Notes under the pieces: model-generated | What the model was told of the DNA's origin: nothing | The model's database searches: none | The model's input: the letters and a program-made list of their open reading frames with translations, nothing else | Shown here: in pieces, positions 40,076 to 49,705 of the stretch | Position numbering within the stretch: the first letter of the stretch is position 1 | Layout: each line of letters opens with the position of its first letter | Made by a program: the position numbers and the translations under genes | Assembly: GCA_963542825.1 (NCBI GenBank) | Contig: CAUTZD010000004.1 | Span: 406-64,405, forward strand | Length of the DNA: 64,000 nt | Direction of reading: 5' to 3' | From: an uncultured Acholeplasmataceae bacterium | GTDB taxonomy: Bacteria > Bacillota_I > Bacilli_A > ML615J-28 > CAG-698

Positions 40076-40816
40076 CTATTTAATGAATTTCTTTTGCCTC
40101 ATTTCATCGTAGACTTGATTAACAGCTTCAATGTAACAAATGAATGACGGATGGTCATAGTCATTTTTTACAAGATACATATTCTTTTTATTTAAATATA
40201 CTTCTCTTACTTTGGTCCACAAATTATTATCTTTTAACCATTCAACTTTTTCTATTAACCCTTGAGAATTTCTGCCTTTATTCCAAATCCATTCATCAGT
40301 TTGTATTATTCCTGTTTTCTTATGGATTAATCTCTGCCATCCATTTTCATCCTCAGTTACAATACAAAGATCAATACTAAATAACGTTTTGTTGTTGGTT
40401 TTAAACCTTATCTGTTCAGTTGTTAAAGCCGATTTTGAATCTTGGCAATCCGCCAATCCTTTACGCTTTAGAACCTTATTGAATGATTTTCTAACATATT
40501 CTTTGATATTTTTACAATCATTAATATTAAACTTAATAGAATCTATAATACAAAGGTTATAATCTAAATCAATTGGTTTATTTGCATTTTGTGTAACTAA
40601 ATTCCTTGCTCCGCTTCCAACTAAGTGTGCTTCAACTTCTAGTAATCCTTCATTATTAATCATTTGGACTAATTGATTGATAATTCCAGAACATAAATTA
40701 TTCATTCTTTTTAAAAAATCTTTGTCTTCTACAAAGTGATACATAATATTATTTCCTTTCTTGTCCCAACTCGACCATTCAACAACATTATTCACTAAAA
40801 ACGACAAAAAATCCAT
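40076..40816 (-). CDS. Polymerase-beta-superfamily (minimal) nucleotidyltransferase-fold protein, 246 aa, function unknown
   Basis: hG[GS]-x14-DhD signature (LVGSGARNLVTQNANKPIDLDYNL) plus a downstream acidic strand SIDLCIVTED. Own RBS 27 bp after the upstream nuclease gene. Confidence 0.45.
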   Translation of the reverse strand: MDFLSFLVNNVVEWSSWDKKGNNIMYHFVEDKDFLKRMNNLCSGIINQLVQMINNEGLLEVEAHLVGSGARNLVTQNANKPIDLDYNLCIIDSIKFNINDCKNIKEYVRKSFNKVLKRKGLADCQDSKSALTTEQIRFKTNNKTLFSIDLCIVTEDENGWQRLIHKKTGIIQTDEWIWNKGRNSQGLIEKVEWLKDNNLWTKVREVYLNKKNMYLVKNDYDHPSFICYIEAVNQVYDEMRQKKFIK

Positions 40817-40843
40817 ATTTATTATTGATGACGAATTATTTTA

Positions 40844-41527
40844 TTAAATTGATATTTTTTTAAATTCTTTTCCTAAACATTTTGCAAAACTATATTTTTT
40901 ATTATATTCTTCTATGGTAAGAAAACGTTCATTAGGTATTGATAAAAATGATTTTGATTTTAAACCCAATATGCTTTTTACTTCTTCTTTAGACTTTGTT
41001 ACACAAATAATATCAAATCCGTAATCATTTATTAACTGACTAAAACTAATGCTTTGAGTGCTTCTAACCCCTCCATCACCTGACAAAAATTTAGTAACTT
41101 TTTTCTCTAAAAACTTTCCTAGTTTTGGGTTTTGTCCATATACTAAAAATAATAGGTTACTAGCGTTTTTCCAAATGGCTAAACATAAAAATACTTTATC
41201 GCTTTGAAAACATTTTGTTTTTTCTATAGTAGTATCATTAAAAGTCGCACCCCAAGTTGAAGCAGAAAAACTTGCAGATTTAACTTCTAAAAACACATCA
41301 ACTTCTTTGTCTAACTTGCAGTCAAAACCATGCTTTTCAACATTAACCAAATTATACCCTAAATAATATCCTGCCATTGAATCTCTTAATTCATTAATGA
41401 AAGTGTCAGTATCGCCTTTTCCCCATTTTTCTTGAATAATTGCTACTTCTTCTAATATTTCATGACCTTCAATTAAAAATTCTCCATTTATTGGTTTGTA
41501 TGTTCCTTTTTCTAACAAGCTACTCAT
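40844..41527 (-). CDS. PD-(D/E)xK nuclease-fold protein, candidate Type II restriction endonuclease (227 aa)
   Basis: GFDCKL...VDVFLEVKS gives a canonical D...(E)xK arrangement. Its start overlaps the stop of the methyltransferase gene by 8 bp. Confidence 0.45.
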   Translation of the reverse strand: MSSLLEKGTYKPINGEFLIEGHEILEEVAIIQEKWGKGDTDTFINELRDSMAGYYLGYNLVNVEKHGFDCKLDKEVDVFLEVKSASFSASTWGATFNDTTIEKTKCFQSDKVFLCLAIWKNASNLLFLVYGQNPKLGKFLEKKVTKFLSGDGGVRSTQSISFSQLINDYGFDIICVTKSKEEVKSILGLKSKSFLSIPNERFLTIEEYNKKYSFAKCLGKEFKKISI

Positions 41528-42776
41528 AAATTCTATCCTTTACTATGTAATCAACATCTTTTTTAATATGTTTTAAATAAGTATCTATTCTTACTAACAT
41601 CACATCACTAACTTTCGGAAGTGAGTATCCTAAGCCACTCATTATTTTAAATGAATCGGTTTCTTTATTAATTAATTCATCCAATTGAATAAGGATATAT
41701 TTGTGTTTTCTTTTATCTTCATAATTTATTTCATATACAGCTTGTGCAGTTGTACCACTGCCTGCGTAAAAATCTAAAATAATAGCATCGTTGTGCTGAG
41801 AGCATCTAATTAAAAATTTAATTAACTCAACCGGCTTTGGAGTATCAAATAATCCATCTAAACCTAATTTTTTAAGATTATTAGTCCCTTGACGAGAATA
41901 AAAATCTAAAATTGAGGAAACGTTATTAGTTGCTTCTTCTAAATATTCAATAGCATATGGCCTTCCATTTTTGAAAACTAATCTATTTTGGTTATACAAT
42001 GATAATATTTTTTCTTTGCTCGACCATCCTCTAGTTTTTAGTGGTTCCAAATGTAATCCGATTTCATCAATATCTAGTCTGCTTGGTTTTCCAGGAGTTG
42101 ATAAATCTTTAGAAAAGTAAATTCTTCCATCATTAGAGATATTAGAATAATTCCTTATCCATGTTTGTCCTGTTTCGATAATGTATTTTTCTATCATTTT
42201 TTTTAACTCTTTTTCTGCTAATTTAAAATCAGAAGAATATATTGATTGTATTTTTTTAATGATTACTTTAATTTTTGAATTTTCAAAAGGATCGTTTAAA
42301 CGATTAATAAAAAATTTTGGCAACTTCTTTTTGTTTTTGGCAAATGCAACCACGTATTCATGTATTATGTTAATATGTTTTGCATTACTTCTTTGTGCTT
42401 GTTTGGTAATAAATATTCCCACATAGTTTTCTTTTCCAAAAATTTTATAGCACGTATGCAGTAATGAGGATAATTCATTGTCATCAATACTCATAAAAAT
42501 AATACCTTCGTCGCTCAAACACTTTCTCGCAATCTCTAGTCTCACAAAAATATCTTTTACCCACTCCTCGTTGTCATCATTGTATGAAAATATATTTTTT
42601 GTATTGTATGGAGGATCAATATAAATAAAGTTGATGTTGCCAAAAAATCTTGAAAATTCATAATGACACATGGTTTGATAATTATCGCCTATGTAAATAA
42701 TATTTTTTTCTAAAATCATCGTCCAAAACCTACACCTATTGGGCTTTAAAAATTGAGAAAAAAGTGGTATAATCAT
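41520..42776 (-). CDS. Beta-class DNA methyltransferase (N6-adenine or N4-cytosine)
   Basis: Motif IV IYIDPPYN lies N-terminal to motif I DFYAGSGTT. The functional start is probably the second Met (MILEKN..., 42719), behind AGGTG. Confidence 0.8.
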   Translation of the reverse strand: MIIPLFSQFLKPNRCRFWTMILEKNIIYIGDNYQTMCHYEFSRFFGNINFIYIDPPYNTKNIFSYNDDNEEWVKDIFVRLEIARKCLSDEGIIFMSIDDNELSSLLHTCYKIFGKENYVGIFITKQAQRSNAKHINIIHEYVVAFAKNKKKLPKFFINRLNDPFENSKIKVIIKKIQSIYSSDFKLAEKELKKMIEKYIIETGQTWIRNYSNISNDGRIYFSKDLSTPGKPSRLDIDEIGLHLEPLKTRGWSSKEKILSLYNQNRLVFKNGRPYAIEYLEEATNNVSSILDFYSRQGTNNLKKLGLDGLFDTPKPVELIKFLIRCSQHNDAIILDFYAGSGTTAQAVYEINYEDKRKHKYILIQLDELINKETDSFKIMSGLGYSLPKVSDVMLVRIDTYLKHIKKDVDYIVKDRIYE

Positions 42777-42904
42777 AGTGGAAAATATTAAATATTTTAA
42801 AATATTATAAGGAATTTTTTATATTACGAAAGGTGTACTTTTTGAGACTTATTCTTGATAAGTCTATTTTTTTATTTAATATATACGTTGAGGAGGTCAT
42901 AAGC

Positions 42905-43522
42905 ATGAAATATGGCTATGTAAGAGTCAGTACTGCCCAGCAACATATAGATAGACAAATTGATTCGCTGTTAAAAATGGGATTAGATAAAAATTCAATT
43001 TATATTGATTGTGAATCAGGTAAAGATTTTAATAGGAAAAACTACAAAAAATTAATAAGAAAATTAAAGAAAGATGATCTATTAATAATAAAATCTATTG
43101 ATAGATTGGGGAGAAATTACAACACGATAATTGAAGAGTGGAGATTAATTACAAAAAGTAAAGGAGCGAACATCGTGGTAATCGATATGCCACTTCTCGA
43201 TACTAGAATTGATGGAAAAAATCTTGTCAGTAAATTGATTAGTGATATTGTTTTACAAGTGTTATCATTTGTTGCACAAAATGAAAGAGAAACTTTACAT
43301 ATTAGACAAGCAGAAGGCATTAAGGCTGCTAAAGCTAGAGGAGTAAAATTTGGCAGACCTAGAATTTCTTTACCTTTTAATTACAAAGTAGTCGCAAAAC
43401 AATATTTAAATAAAGAAATCACAAATAAAAAAGCCTGCGACATACTCGGTATGACACGAGGCTCTTTCTTCAGATATTTGAAGGAAATGAATATAAATTC
43501 AACTAATAAAACAAAAACATAA
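42905..43522 (+). CDS. Serine recombinase (resolvase/invertase family) with C-terminal HTH
   Basis: MKYGYVRVSTAQQHIDRQ (catalytic Ser), ...DRLGRN... GAGGAGG RBS. The track ORF starts 24 codons upstream without an RBS. 7-bp inverted repeat GACTTAT-tcttg-ATAAGTC at 42846-42864 just upstream. Confidence 0.85.
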   Translation: MKYGYVRVSTAQQHIDRQIDSLLKMGLDKNSIYIDCESGKDFNRKNYKKLIRKLKKDDLLIIKSIDRLGRNYNTIIEEWRLITKSKGANIVVIDMPLLDTRIDGKNLVSKLISDIVLQVLSFVAQNERETLHIRQAEGIKAAKARGVKFGRPRISLPFNYKVVAKQYLNKEITNKKACDILGMTRGSFFRYLKEMNINSTNKTKT

Positions 43523-43602
43523 AAAATTTAATACATGTATTAAAACCATTTCATCATAATGTATAAGTATGTGATTGGTTGATACAATTTCTTAACTCCT
43601 TA

Positions 43603-44392
43603 CTATTTTCCATACCCCTGAATATTGTGTACACTAATTTTATTATCATTTTTTGTTTTTTCCAATTTCTTGATGTTGCTATTAGTTGTTTTATTTAATG
43701 AAAGTAGCTGTAAATTACATAATTTCTTAAGTTCTATCATTCTCTCTTTTTGTTGTAGCCCTTTAGTAAAAATAGCATTATAGCTTTCCATATTAGAAAG
43801 AACTAATAGTTCGTTAAGTAATGCGAAGTCTCTAATATTTCCTTTTAAACTAGGATTTCAATTTGACCATTTTTTAGCAGTTTTGCTAAAAATGACAAAA
43901 TTTAACATATCAGCTTCACTTGCATATTTAAAAGATAATTTACTTTCTGTTAAATCTTGAGTTAAGCATTCTTCAATAGCGTCCGCATGGATTTTGTAGT
44001 TTATTTTTGATATTTCTCTATTTAAATTCCAGCTGAGAGACAATTTAGAACTCTGATCTAACTTTATTCTCTTATTTTATATATAATTTAAATTCAGAAG
44101 AAATCCACGAAGCAAATTCCATAGCGATATCGCTATGAGCATAAGTACCACCATATTTGCCAGATTTAGAGACTATACCGATTGCGTTAGTTGAATCAAT
44201 CCATTTATTTGGGGTCATCGTAAGCCTGTTGAGACCGGCTTCGTTTCTAAACGTGTCGAATTCGACACGGTTAAAATTGGGATTATTTAGTGCTTCCCAT
44301 AATCCGATAAATTCAAGCGTATTTCTATTGCGCATCCAGTTTTGAATAACAAATCGCGAATCATCATTATTTTTATATCTAGTTTTAATCAA
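43603..44392 (-). pseudogene. KilA-N domain phage-type gene (intact N-domain ORF 44072..44392) followed by two short out-of-frame ORFs (43858..44043, 43603..43791) that look like its disrupted C-terminal part
   Basis: ...GKYGGTYAHSDIAMEFASWISSEFKLY matches the KilA-N conserved GTW/Y-H-D-A-FA-W-S-F block. Downstream fragments have no independent RBS. Confidence 0.45.
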
Positions 44393-44514
44393 TTTCTAAC
44401 GTTCAAAATAGTCAACTTTTTGGGTTCACCTCAGTGTAATTATTATATGAAGATATTCATCTTATTATTGATACAAATAAAAAGTTCTCGTACTACCGAG
44501 AACTATAATAAATT

Positions 44515-45768
44515 TTAAAAATGATCATTCAATAAAAACTCTTTGATCCCCATGATTGTAATTCCATCACCAGTTATCCAAGTATTAATATCATCTTTAA
44601 CAATGATAATCTTTTTAAACGAGTCATCTATTTTTAAAAGTGGTCTTGTTTCTTGCTCCATCTTTTCGGAGTTCGGAATTGAATACACTGATTGAATGTA
44701 ATATTTTTGCATGCCATCATTGCACACAAAATCAATTTCTAACTGTTTGTAATTTAATTTGTCATTTAGTCTTCGCCTATCAATCGCCATTCCAACATCA
44801 ACCGAAAAGCCTCTTATAAGCAATTCATTATAAATAATATTTTCCATAATATGATTTTCCTCTTGTTGTCGAAAATCAAGTTTGGCATTTCTTAAACCAA
44901 TATCTGTAAAATAGTATTTAGAAGGTGATGAAATATATTTTCTACCTTTCACATCAAATTTTTGCGCTTTTGAAATGACAAAAGCATCAAGAAGATATTT
45001 AATATATTCGCTTATAGTAAGATCAGTTGTTTTGTACCCCATCGACTTAAAAGTATCGGATATTTTTTTCGCGCTAGAAAATGATCCGATTGCTGACGCT
45101 AATATATTTACAAGCGTGTCTAGTACCTTCTCGTCTTTTAAATTATTACGCTCGACGATATCTTTTATATATGTATATTCAAACAAAGTTTTAAGATATG
45201 CCCTTTTTTCTTCATGGGTCTTCTTCGCTAGAATGAAAGGCAAGCCACCATAAGTGAAAAAGTTTTTCCAAGCATCGTTAAAACTTAATTCATTATCAGA
45301 ATAATATTCTTTAAAAGACAAAGGATACACCCTTACTTCATCTCCGCGACCACGAAATTCGGTAATAATATCTGAAGAGAGAAATTTTGAATTTGACCCC
45401 GTTACATAAATATCTAGATTTTCAATTCTATTTAATCCATTAAGCATAGCCTCAAAGCCGTCGCACATTTGAACTTCATCGATAAATAAATAGTATGCTT
45501 TGTTATCAACAATCTTTTTTTCAACATATGCTCTTAATACTTTTTTATCCTTTAAACTTTCGTATTTATCATCATCAAGCGATATTTTAATAATATGATC
45601 GTTTGGGACGTTTTGTTCTAATAAATAATTATAAAACAAATTAAATAATAGAAAAGATTTTCCGCTTCTTCTGATTCCTGTAATGATTTTTATCGCTGAA
45701 TTGTCTTTTCTTGCGATTAATTTATTTAAGTAAATGTCGCGCTTGATAATATGCATTATAATCTCCAC
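44515..45768 (-). CDS. AAA_14 / DUF4143 family ATPase
   Basis: Walker A GIRRSGKSFLL. Collinear with 17816..19069. Confidence 0.75.
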   Translation of the reverse strand: MEIIMHIIKRDIYLNKLIARKDNSAIKIITGIRRSGKSFLLFNLFYNYLLEQNVPNDHIIKISLDDDKYESLKDKKVLRAYVEKKIVDNKAYYLFIDEVQMCDGFEAMLNGLNRIENLDIYVTGSNSKFLSSDIITEFRGRGDEVRVYPLSFKEYYSDNELSFNDAWKNFFTYGGLPFILAKKTHEEKRAYLKTLFEYTYIKDIVERNNLKDEKVLDTLVNILASAIGSFSSAKKISDTFKSMGYKTTDLTISEYIKYLLDAFVISKAQKFDVKGRKYISSPSKYYFTDIGLRNAKLDFRQQEENHIMENIIYNELLIRGFSVDVGMAIDRRRLNDKLNYKQLEIDFVCNDGMQKYYIQSVYSIPNSEKMEQETRPLLKIDDSFKKIIIVKDDINTWITGDGITIMGIKEFLLNDHF

Positions 45769-45777
45769 TATGAATTT

Positions 45778-45870
45778 TGTGTAATATTACACTTTTCTCA
45801 TATTCATTATATCATGAACAAAATAAAATGTCAATATGAAAAAAGTGTAATATTACACTTTTTTCATATT
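45778..45870. promoter_or_regulatory. Two direct copies (66 bp apart) of AGTGTAATATTACACTTTTyTCATATT, each containing the perfect 14-bp palindrome GTGTAATATTACAC, in the leader of 44515..45768
   Basis: Palindromes read at 45779-45792 and 45845-45858. Confidence 0.4.
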
Positions 45871-46078
45871 AAGAATTACATAAAAGTTTACCTTTTATCC
45901 ATGTTATAACAATAATTATCTGAAACTATTTTTAAAATAAAAAGGGAAAGATTCAATTGATGCTTTTGCGTTTGTAAATCAAATGGATCCTTTTTCCCGC
46001 ATTTTCTGCAAAAATTTCTCCTTTGGAATCATATTCTACAGTGAACCCCTCAGTTATATCAAACTTTTATGGCTCGCC

Positions 46079-46223
46079 TCAAAACTCTTTAATCCAAATC
46101 TCTAAACTATCTAGATTAAGTGAGAGGTTTTCTAACTCAATATATAATATTCCATTATCATCATACCAAGGCAGTATATTATCTTTAATTACAACAACCT
46201 TTTTGAATGAATCATTAATTTTT
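46079..46223 (-). pseudogene. C-terminal 47-aa remnant of another DUF4143 ATPase (KINDSFKKVVVIKDNILPWYDDNGILYIELENLSLNLDSLEIWIKEF)
   Basis: Matches the C-terminal ...DSFKKIIIVxD... block of 17816..19069 and 44515..45768. A stop lies immediately upstream in the same frame. Confidence 0.5.
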
Positions 46224-46738
46224 TAAACCCTTTTTTGTGGATATTTACATTTTTTGTCAATAATAAGATGAGGAAACACTATCGATTAGTCGTTTGTTTT
46301 ATCTTGTAATACTTCAAGTATAAACAAAAAAGCTTAATGAAATAAAAAAAGGTCTGATAACTTGTATCAAACCTATACATTCACATATGTAAGATAATTA
46401 ATTTTAAAACTAATAATGTTCTCATTTTTCAACTAAAAATCTATTATCATAGAAACCGCCAAAAAGTGCTTTCATGAAGAAAATACTTATCTATCATCTG
46501 CTTGTGAATAATACCATTAGGATCTCTAAAAAAAAAAATCAAATATGTGCCTAAATATTCTTCGCTACCAGATACTATTTTATTACTTCCCAATACCCTT
46601 TTTTTCTAAAACCAATTTTCTTTATAATCAAACCATCCATGTTCATCAGAAAAAGATAATATATTCTCAATAATATCAATATTATCACTCATAATCATTC
46701 CTCCTTTATATCATTTATAGTGTACCACAACTGCTTAT

Positions 46739-46786
46739 AAAGTATACAATAAAGTATACAATAAAGTATACAATAAAGTATACAAC
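46739..46786. repeat. 12-bp tandem repeat AAAGTATACAAT x4
   Basis: Read directly. Lies about 45-95 bp upstream of a 27-aa RBS-bearing ORF stub (46609..46692, minus strand) that dissolves into frameshifted fragments across a T11 tract. Confidence 0.9.
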
Positions 46787-46859
46787 GCACATTGATTTTT
46801 ATAATCTATCATTTGTAAAATTTAATAACTTTTCCTATTAAAGAATCGTTGCATAAGCC

Positions 46860-47200
46860 CATTTTACGTATTATCTATAATTTCCCAATAGCCTTTAGTT
46901 AATCTAATTTTTCTGATAAAGCTATCTTCTTTTGATTTAGCAATTGTTCTTTAGATAAAACGGAAAGATTTATTAAGCATTTTAACTAATTTTTTCGCTG
47001 ATAAATATGGATCATTTTTGATTAGTTTAATTAATGTTTTTTATCATCAGTTGATGTTCTATTTATGTGACCATTTAAAACATCATTTACGATACGACGT
47101 TTAAAAATAAATGTAAACCTTCCATGACAATAATATATTCTCTTTTCATTTCACTTTCTTTAAACTTTTTAAAACTCTTTTAAAGCCACTACCATAAGAC
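46860..47200 (-). pseudogene. Decayed gene debris, possibly a transposase N-terminal HTH region, broken by several stops
   Basis: Minus-strand frames give ...KRRIVNDVLNGHINRTSTDDKK.. / ..LIKLIKNDPYLSAKKLVKMLNKSF.. interrupted by stops. Weak call. Confidence 0.25.
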
Positions 47201-47338
47201 TCAACATCATCGGATAAAAATATATTTAATTGTTAAAAAGGCTTTTCATGCTTTCACCAAAATGATAATTGTGAAAATAAGAAATGAAAAAAGACTGATA
47301 TTTAGAAAAATCCTTATATCAATCTTATTGTCCTTTAA

Positions 47339-47416
47339 TGGTGTCCTTGATGGGATTCGAACCCACGACCTTCGGCTTCGGAGACCGACACTCTAATCCA
47401 GCTGAGCTACAAGGAC
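47339..47416 (-). tRNA. tRNA-Arg (anticodon CCG)
   Basis: rc reads GTCCTTGTAGCTCAGCTGGATTAGAGTGTCGGTCTCCGAAGCCGAAGGTCGTGGGTTCGAATCCCATCAAGGACACCA. Anticodon stem TCGGT/GCCGA, loop CTCCGAA. Confidence 0.85.
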
Positions 47417-47509
47417 GTAAAGCATAGTTAATATACCACGAAACTTTGTTTTCTTCCATTATTTATTTAAAAAGCTAGAGAGCATTCTCTAGCTTTAAAT
47501 CTCTAAAAA

Positions 47510-47586
47510 TGGCGTCCCAAAGAGGATTTGAACCCCCGACCAATAGTTTAGGAAACTACTGCTCTATCCAGCTGAGCTATTGGGAC
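47510..47586 (-). tRNA. tRNA-Arg (anticodon CCT)
   Basis: rc reads GTCCCAATAGCTCAGCTGGATAGAGCAGTAGTTTCCTAAACTATTGGTCGGGGGTTCAAATCCTCTTTGGGACGCCA. Anticodon loop TTCCTAA. Confidence 0.85.
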
Positions 47587-47623
47587 AAAAGATTAAGGTA
47601 TATAGTTTATATTTCTATATACC

Positions 47624-49615
47624 TTATGATTTAATTTCTTCAGCAGCTTCAAGAGTTGAAAAAGTTGCCTTGCATTTAGGGAAACGCGAGCACGCATAAA
47701 ACTTTTGACCCTTAGAGCGCCCACGCTTGGAAATACGTTCAACAATCTCTCCTTCTTTACAGTAAGGACACTTAACGCCTGTTTTAACAGGATTAACGGT
47801 TAGTTTATCTTTTTTAATATACCGGCAGCTTGGATAACCGCTACAAGCCGTAAACTCACCAAAGCGTCCGATGCGGTTGACAAGCGGTTTACCACATTCT
47901 GGACACATCTCATCAAGAAGGATTGGGTAAACTTTTTCCATCTTCTCGTTAGCTATTGCTAAAAGTTTTACATATTCATCATAAAATGTCCGAAGAAGTT
48001 TAATCCAGTCAACCTCTCTCGAAGCAATAAGATCAAGGCGCTCCTCAAGTGAGGCAGTGAAAGGAATGTCAATGATTTTAAGAAAATACTGTTCTAAGGC
48101 ATTAATTGTTTTCTTGCCTTGCTCAGTTGGTACAAACATATTATTTTCCATAATAACATAGTGACGGATCTTGAGCGTTTGGACAGTTGAAGCGTAAGTT
48201 GATGGTCTACCAATTCCTTCTTGTTCCATCGCTTTAATGAGCCGGGCTTCGGAATACCTAAGTGGTGGGTTCGTAAACTTTTGCTCCGCTTTTACCAAAG
48301 CATTTTTAATCGTATCACCAATTTTATATTCTGGTAAAGGATTATCGCTTGGCTCAAACTTTCCATAAACTTTCAAAAAGCCTGGGAACGTTTGTTCACT
48401 ACCTGTGATTCCAAACTCATAGCCAGAGTTTGTAATCGTAACTTTTGTTTCCGTAAATTTTGCATTGCTCATAAGGGCAGCAAGGCTTCGCAAATATATA
48501 AATTCGTAAATCTTAAATTCGCTACTATCAAGATAAGGCTTGACTTTTTCCGGAGTATTTTTAAGACTCGTTGGCCGAATTGCCTCGTGAGCGTCCTGAA
48601 TCTTTTGTTTCTTCTTCTCGGAGAGCTTATAACCTTTATAGTATTTAGCACCAAACTCATCATAAATGTAAGTTTTGGCTTCACTGATAAACTCTTGGCT
48701 AAGTCTTGGCGAATCGGTACGCATATACGTAATTAAGCCAACCCTTTCATTCCCTAGGTTGACGCCTTCATAAAGTTTCTGAGCAATCATCATAGTTTTC
48801 TTCGCTTGATAATTAAACCTTGTTGATGCTTCTTGTTGAAGTGTCGAAGTAATTAAAGGAATACGGGGAATCTTAAGCTTCTCAGTTTTTTGAACATCGC
48901 TTACTAAATAAACAGGACCTAAAGCTTTAGTAATATCACTGGCTTCACTTTCCGTTTTGACTTCGATTTTCGCCCCCTTATAACCAGTTAGCTCAGCTTT
49001 TTGGTGCTTCTTCTCCTTTGTGTATTCAATCCAGATTTTCCAGTACTCTTCACTGACAAAATTTTCGATTTCTTTTTCCTTATCGCAAATCATCTTAAGA
49101 GCAGCAGACTGAACGCGCCCAGCCGATTTCGAACCAATCTTTCTTTGCATGAGCTTTGAAAGTGAAAAACCAATAATCCGGTCAAGGATTCTTCGGGTCT
49201 CTTGGCTGTTTACAAGATCAAGATCAATCTTCCGAGCATAGTTAAAAGAATCGCTTACTGCATGACGTGTAACTTCGTTAAAGACGATTCGGTAATAAGT
49301 AGAATCGGTTAGTCCCATCGTTTCATATAAATGCCAGCTAATCGCCTCACCTTCGCGATCGGGATCGGTAGCTAAATAAACCATTTCGGCTTTTTTGGCT
49401 TTTTCTTTAAGATTTTTAACAAGCGTACGCTTATCAGGAAGAACCCGGTACTTTGGTGTAAAATCATTTTCAACATCGACACCATATCCATTAACTCCCG
49501 ATAATGAAAGATCACGCACATGACCCATACTACTAACAACTTCGAAATCTTTTCCTAAATATTTTTGAATCGTCTCACTTTTAGCAGGCGATTCAACGAC
49601 AACTAAATACTTCAT
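47624..49615 (-). CDS. topA: DNA topoisomerase I, with C-terminal zinc ribbons
   Basis: Toprim N-terminus MKYLVVVESPAKSETIQKYLG (the true start, 24 codons inside the track ORF, behind AGGA). C-terminal CxxC pairs. Confidence 0.9.
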   Translation of the reverse strand: MKYLVVVESPAKSETIQKYLGKDFEVVSSMGHVRDLSLSGVNGYGVDVENDFTPKYRVLPDKRTLVKNLKEKAKKAEMVYLATDPDREGEAISWHLYETMGLTDSTYYRIVFNEVTRHAVSDSFNYARKIDLDLVNSQETRRILDRIIGFSLSKLMQRKIGSKSAGRVQSAALKMICDKEKEIENFVSEEYWKIWIEYTKEKKHQKAELTGYKGAKIEVKTESEASDITKALGPVYLVSDVQKTEKLKIPRIPLITSTLQQEASTRFNYQAKKTMMIAQKLYEGVNLGNERVGLITYMRTDSPRLSQEFISEAKTYIYDEFGAKYYKGYKLSEKKKQKIQDAHEAIRPTSLKNTPEKVKPYLDSSEFKIYEFIYLRSLAALMSNAKFTETKVTITNSGYEFGITGSEQTFPGFLKVYGKFEPSDNPLPEYKIGDTIKNALVKAEQKFTNPPLRYSEARLIKAMEQEGIGRPSTYASTVQTLKIRHYVIMENNMFVPTEQGKKTINALEQYFLKIIDIPFTASLEERLDLIASREVDWIKLLRTFYDEYVKLLAIANEKMEKVYPILLDEMCPECGKPLVNRIGRFGEFTACSGYPSCRYIKKDKLTVNPVKTGVKCPYCKEGEIVERISKRGRSKGQKFYACSRFPKCKATFSTLEAAEEIKS

Positions 49616-49679
49616 TTTTTTCCTCGCTAGTATTATAAACAAAAAGTTAGTAAAAAGCAATAAAATTTTATGATGATAA

Positions 49680-49705
49680 AAAGCCAAGTTTCCTTGGCCT
49701 TTTAA
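49680..49705 (-). terminator. Rho-independent terminator (GGCCAAG-gaaa-CTTGGCC plus T5) after the peroxiredoxin gene
   Basis: Read directly. Confidence 0.5.

Noticed and set aside
40844-41527. CBASS classification of the nucleotidyltransferase plus nuclease
   Set aside because: There is no SAVED/HEPN/TM sensor-effector domain, no E1/E2/JAB or HORMA/TRIP13 accessory genes, and the nucleotidyltransferase is shorter than typical CD-NTases. It is kept only as one hypothesis within the R-M-associated finding.
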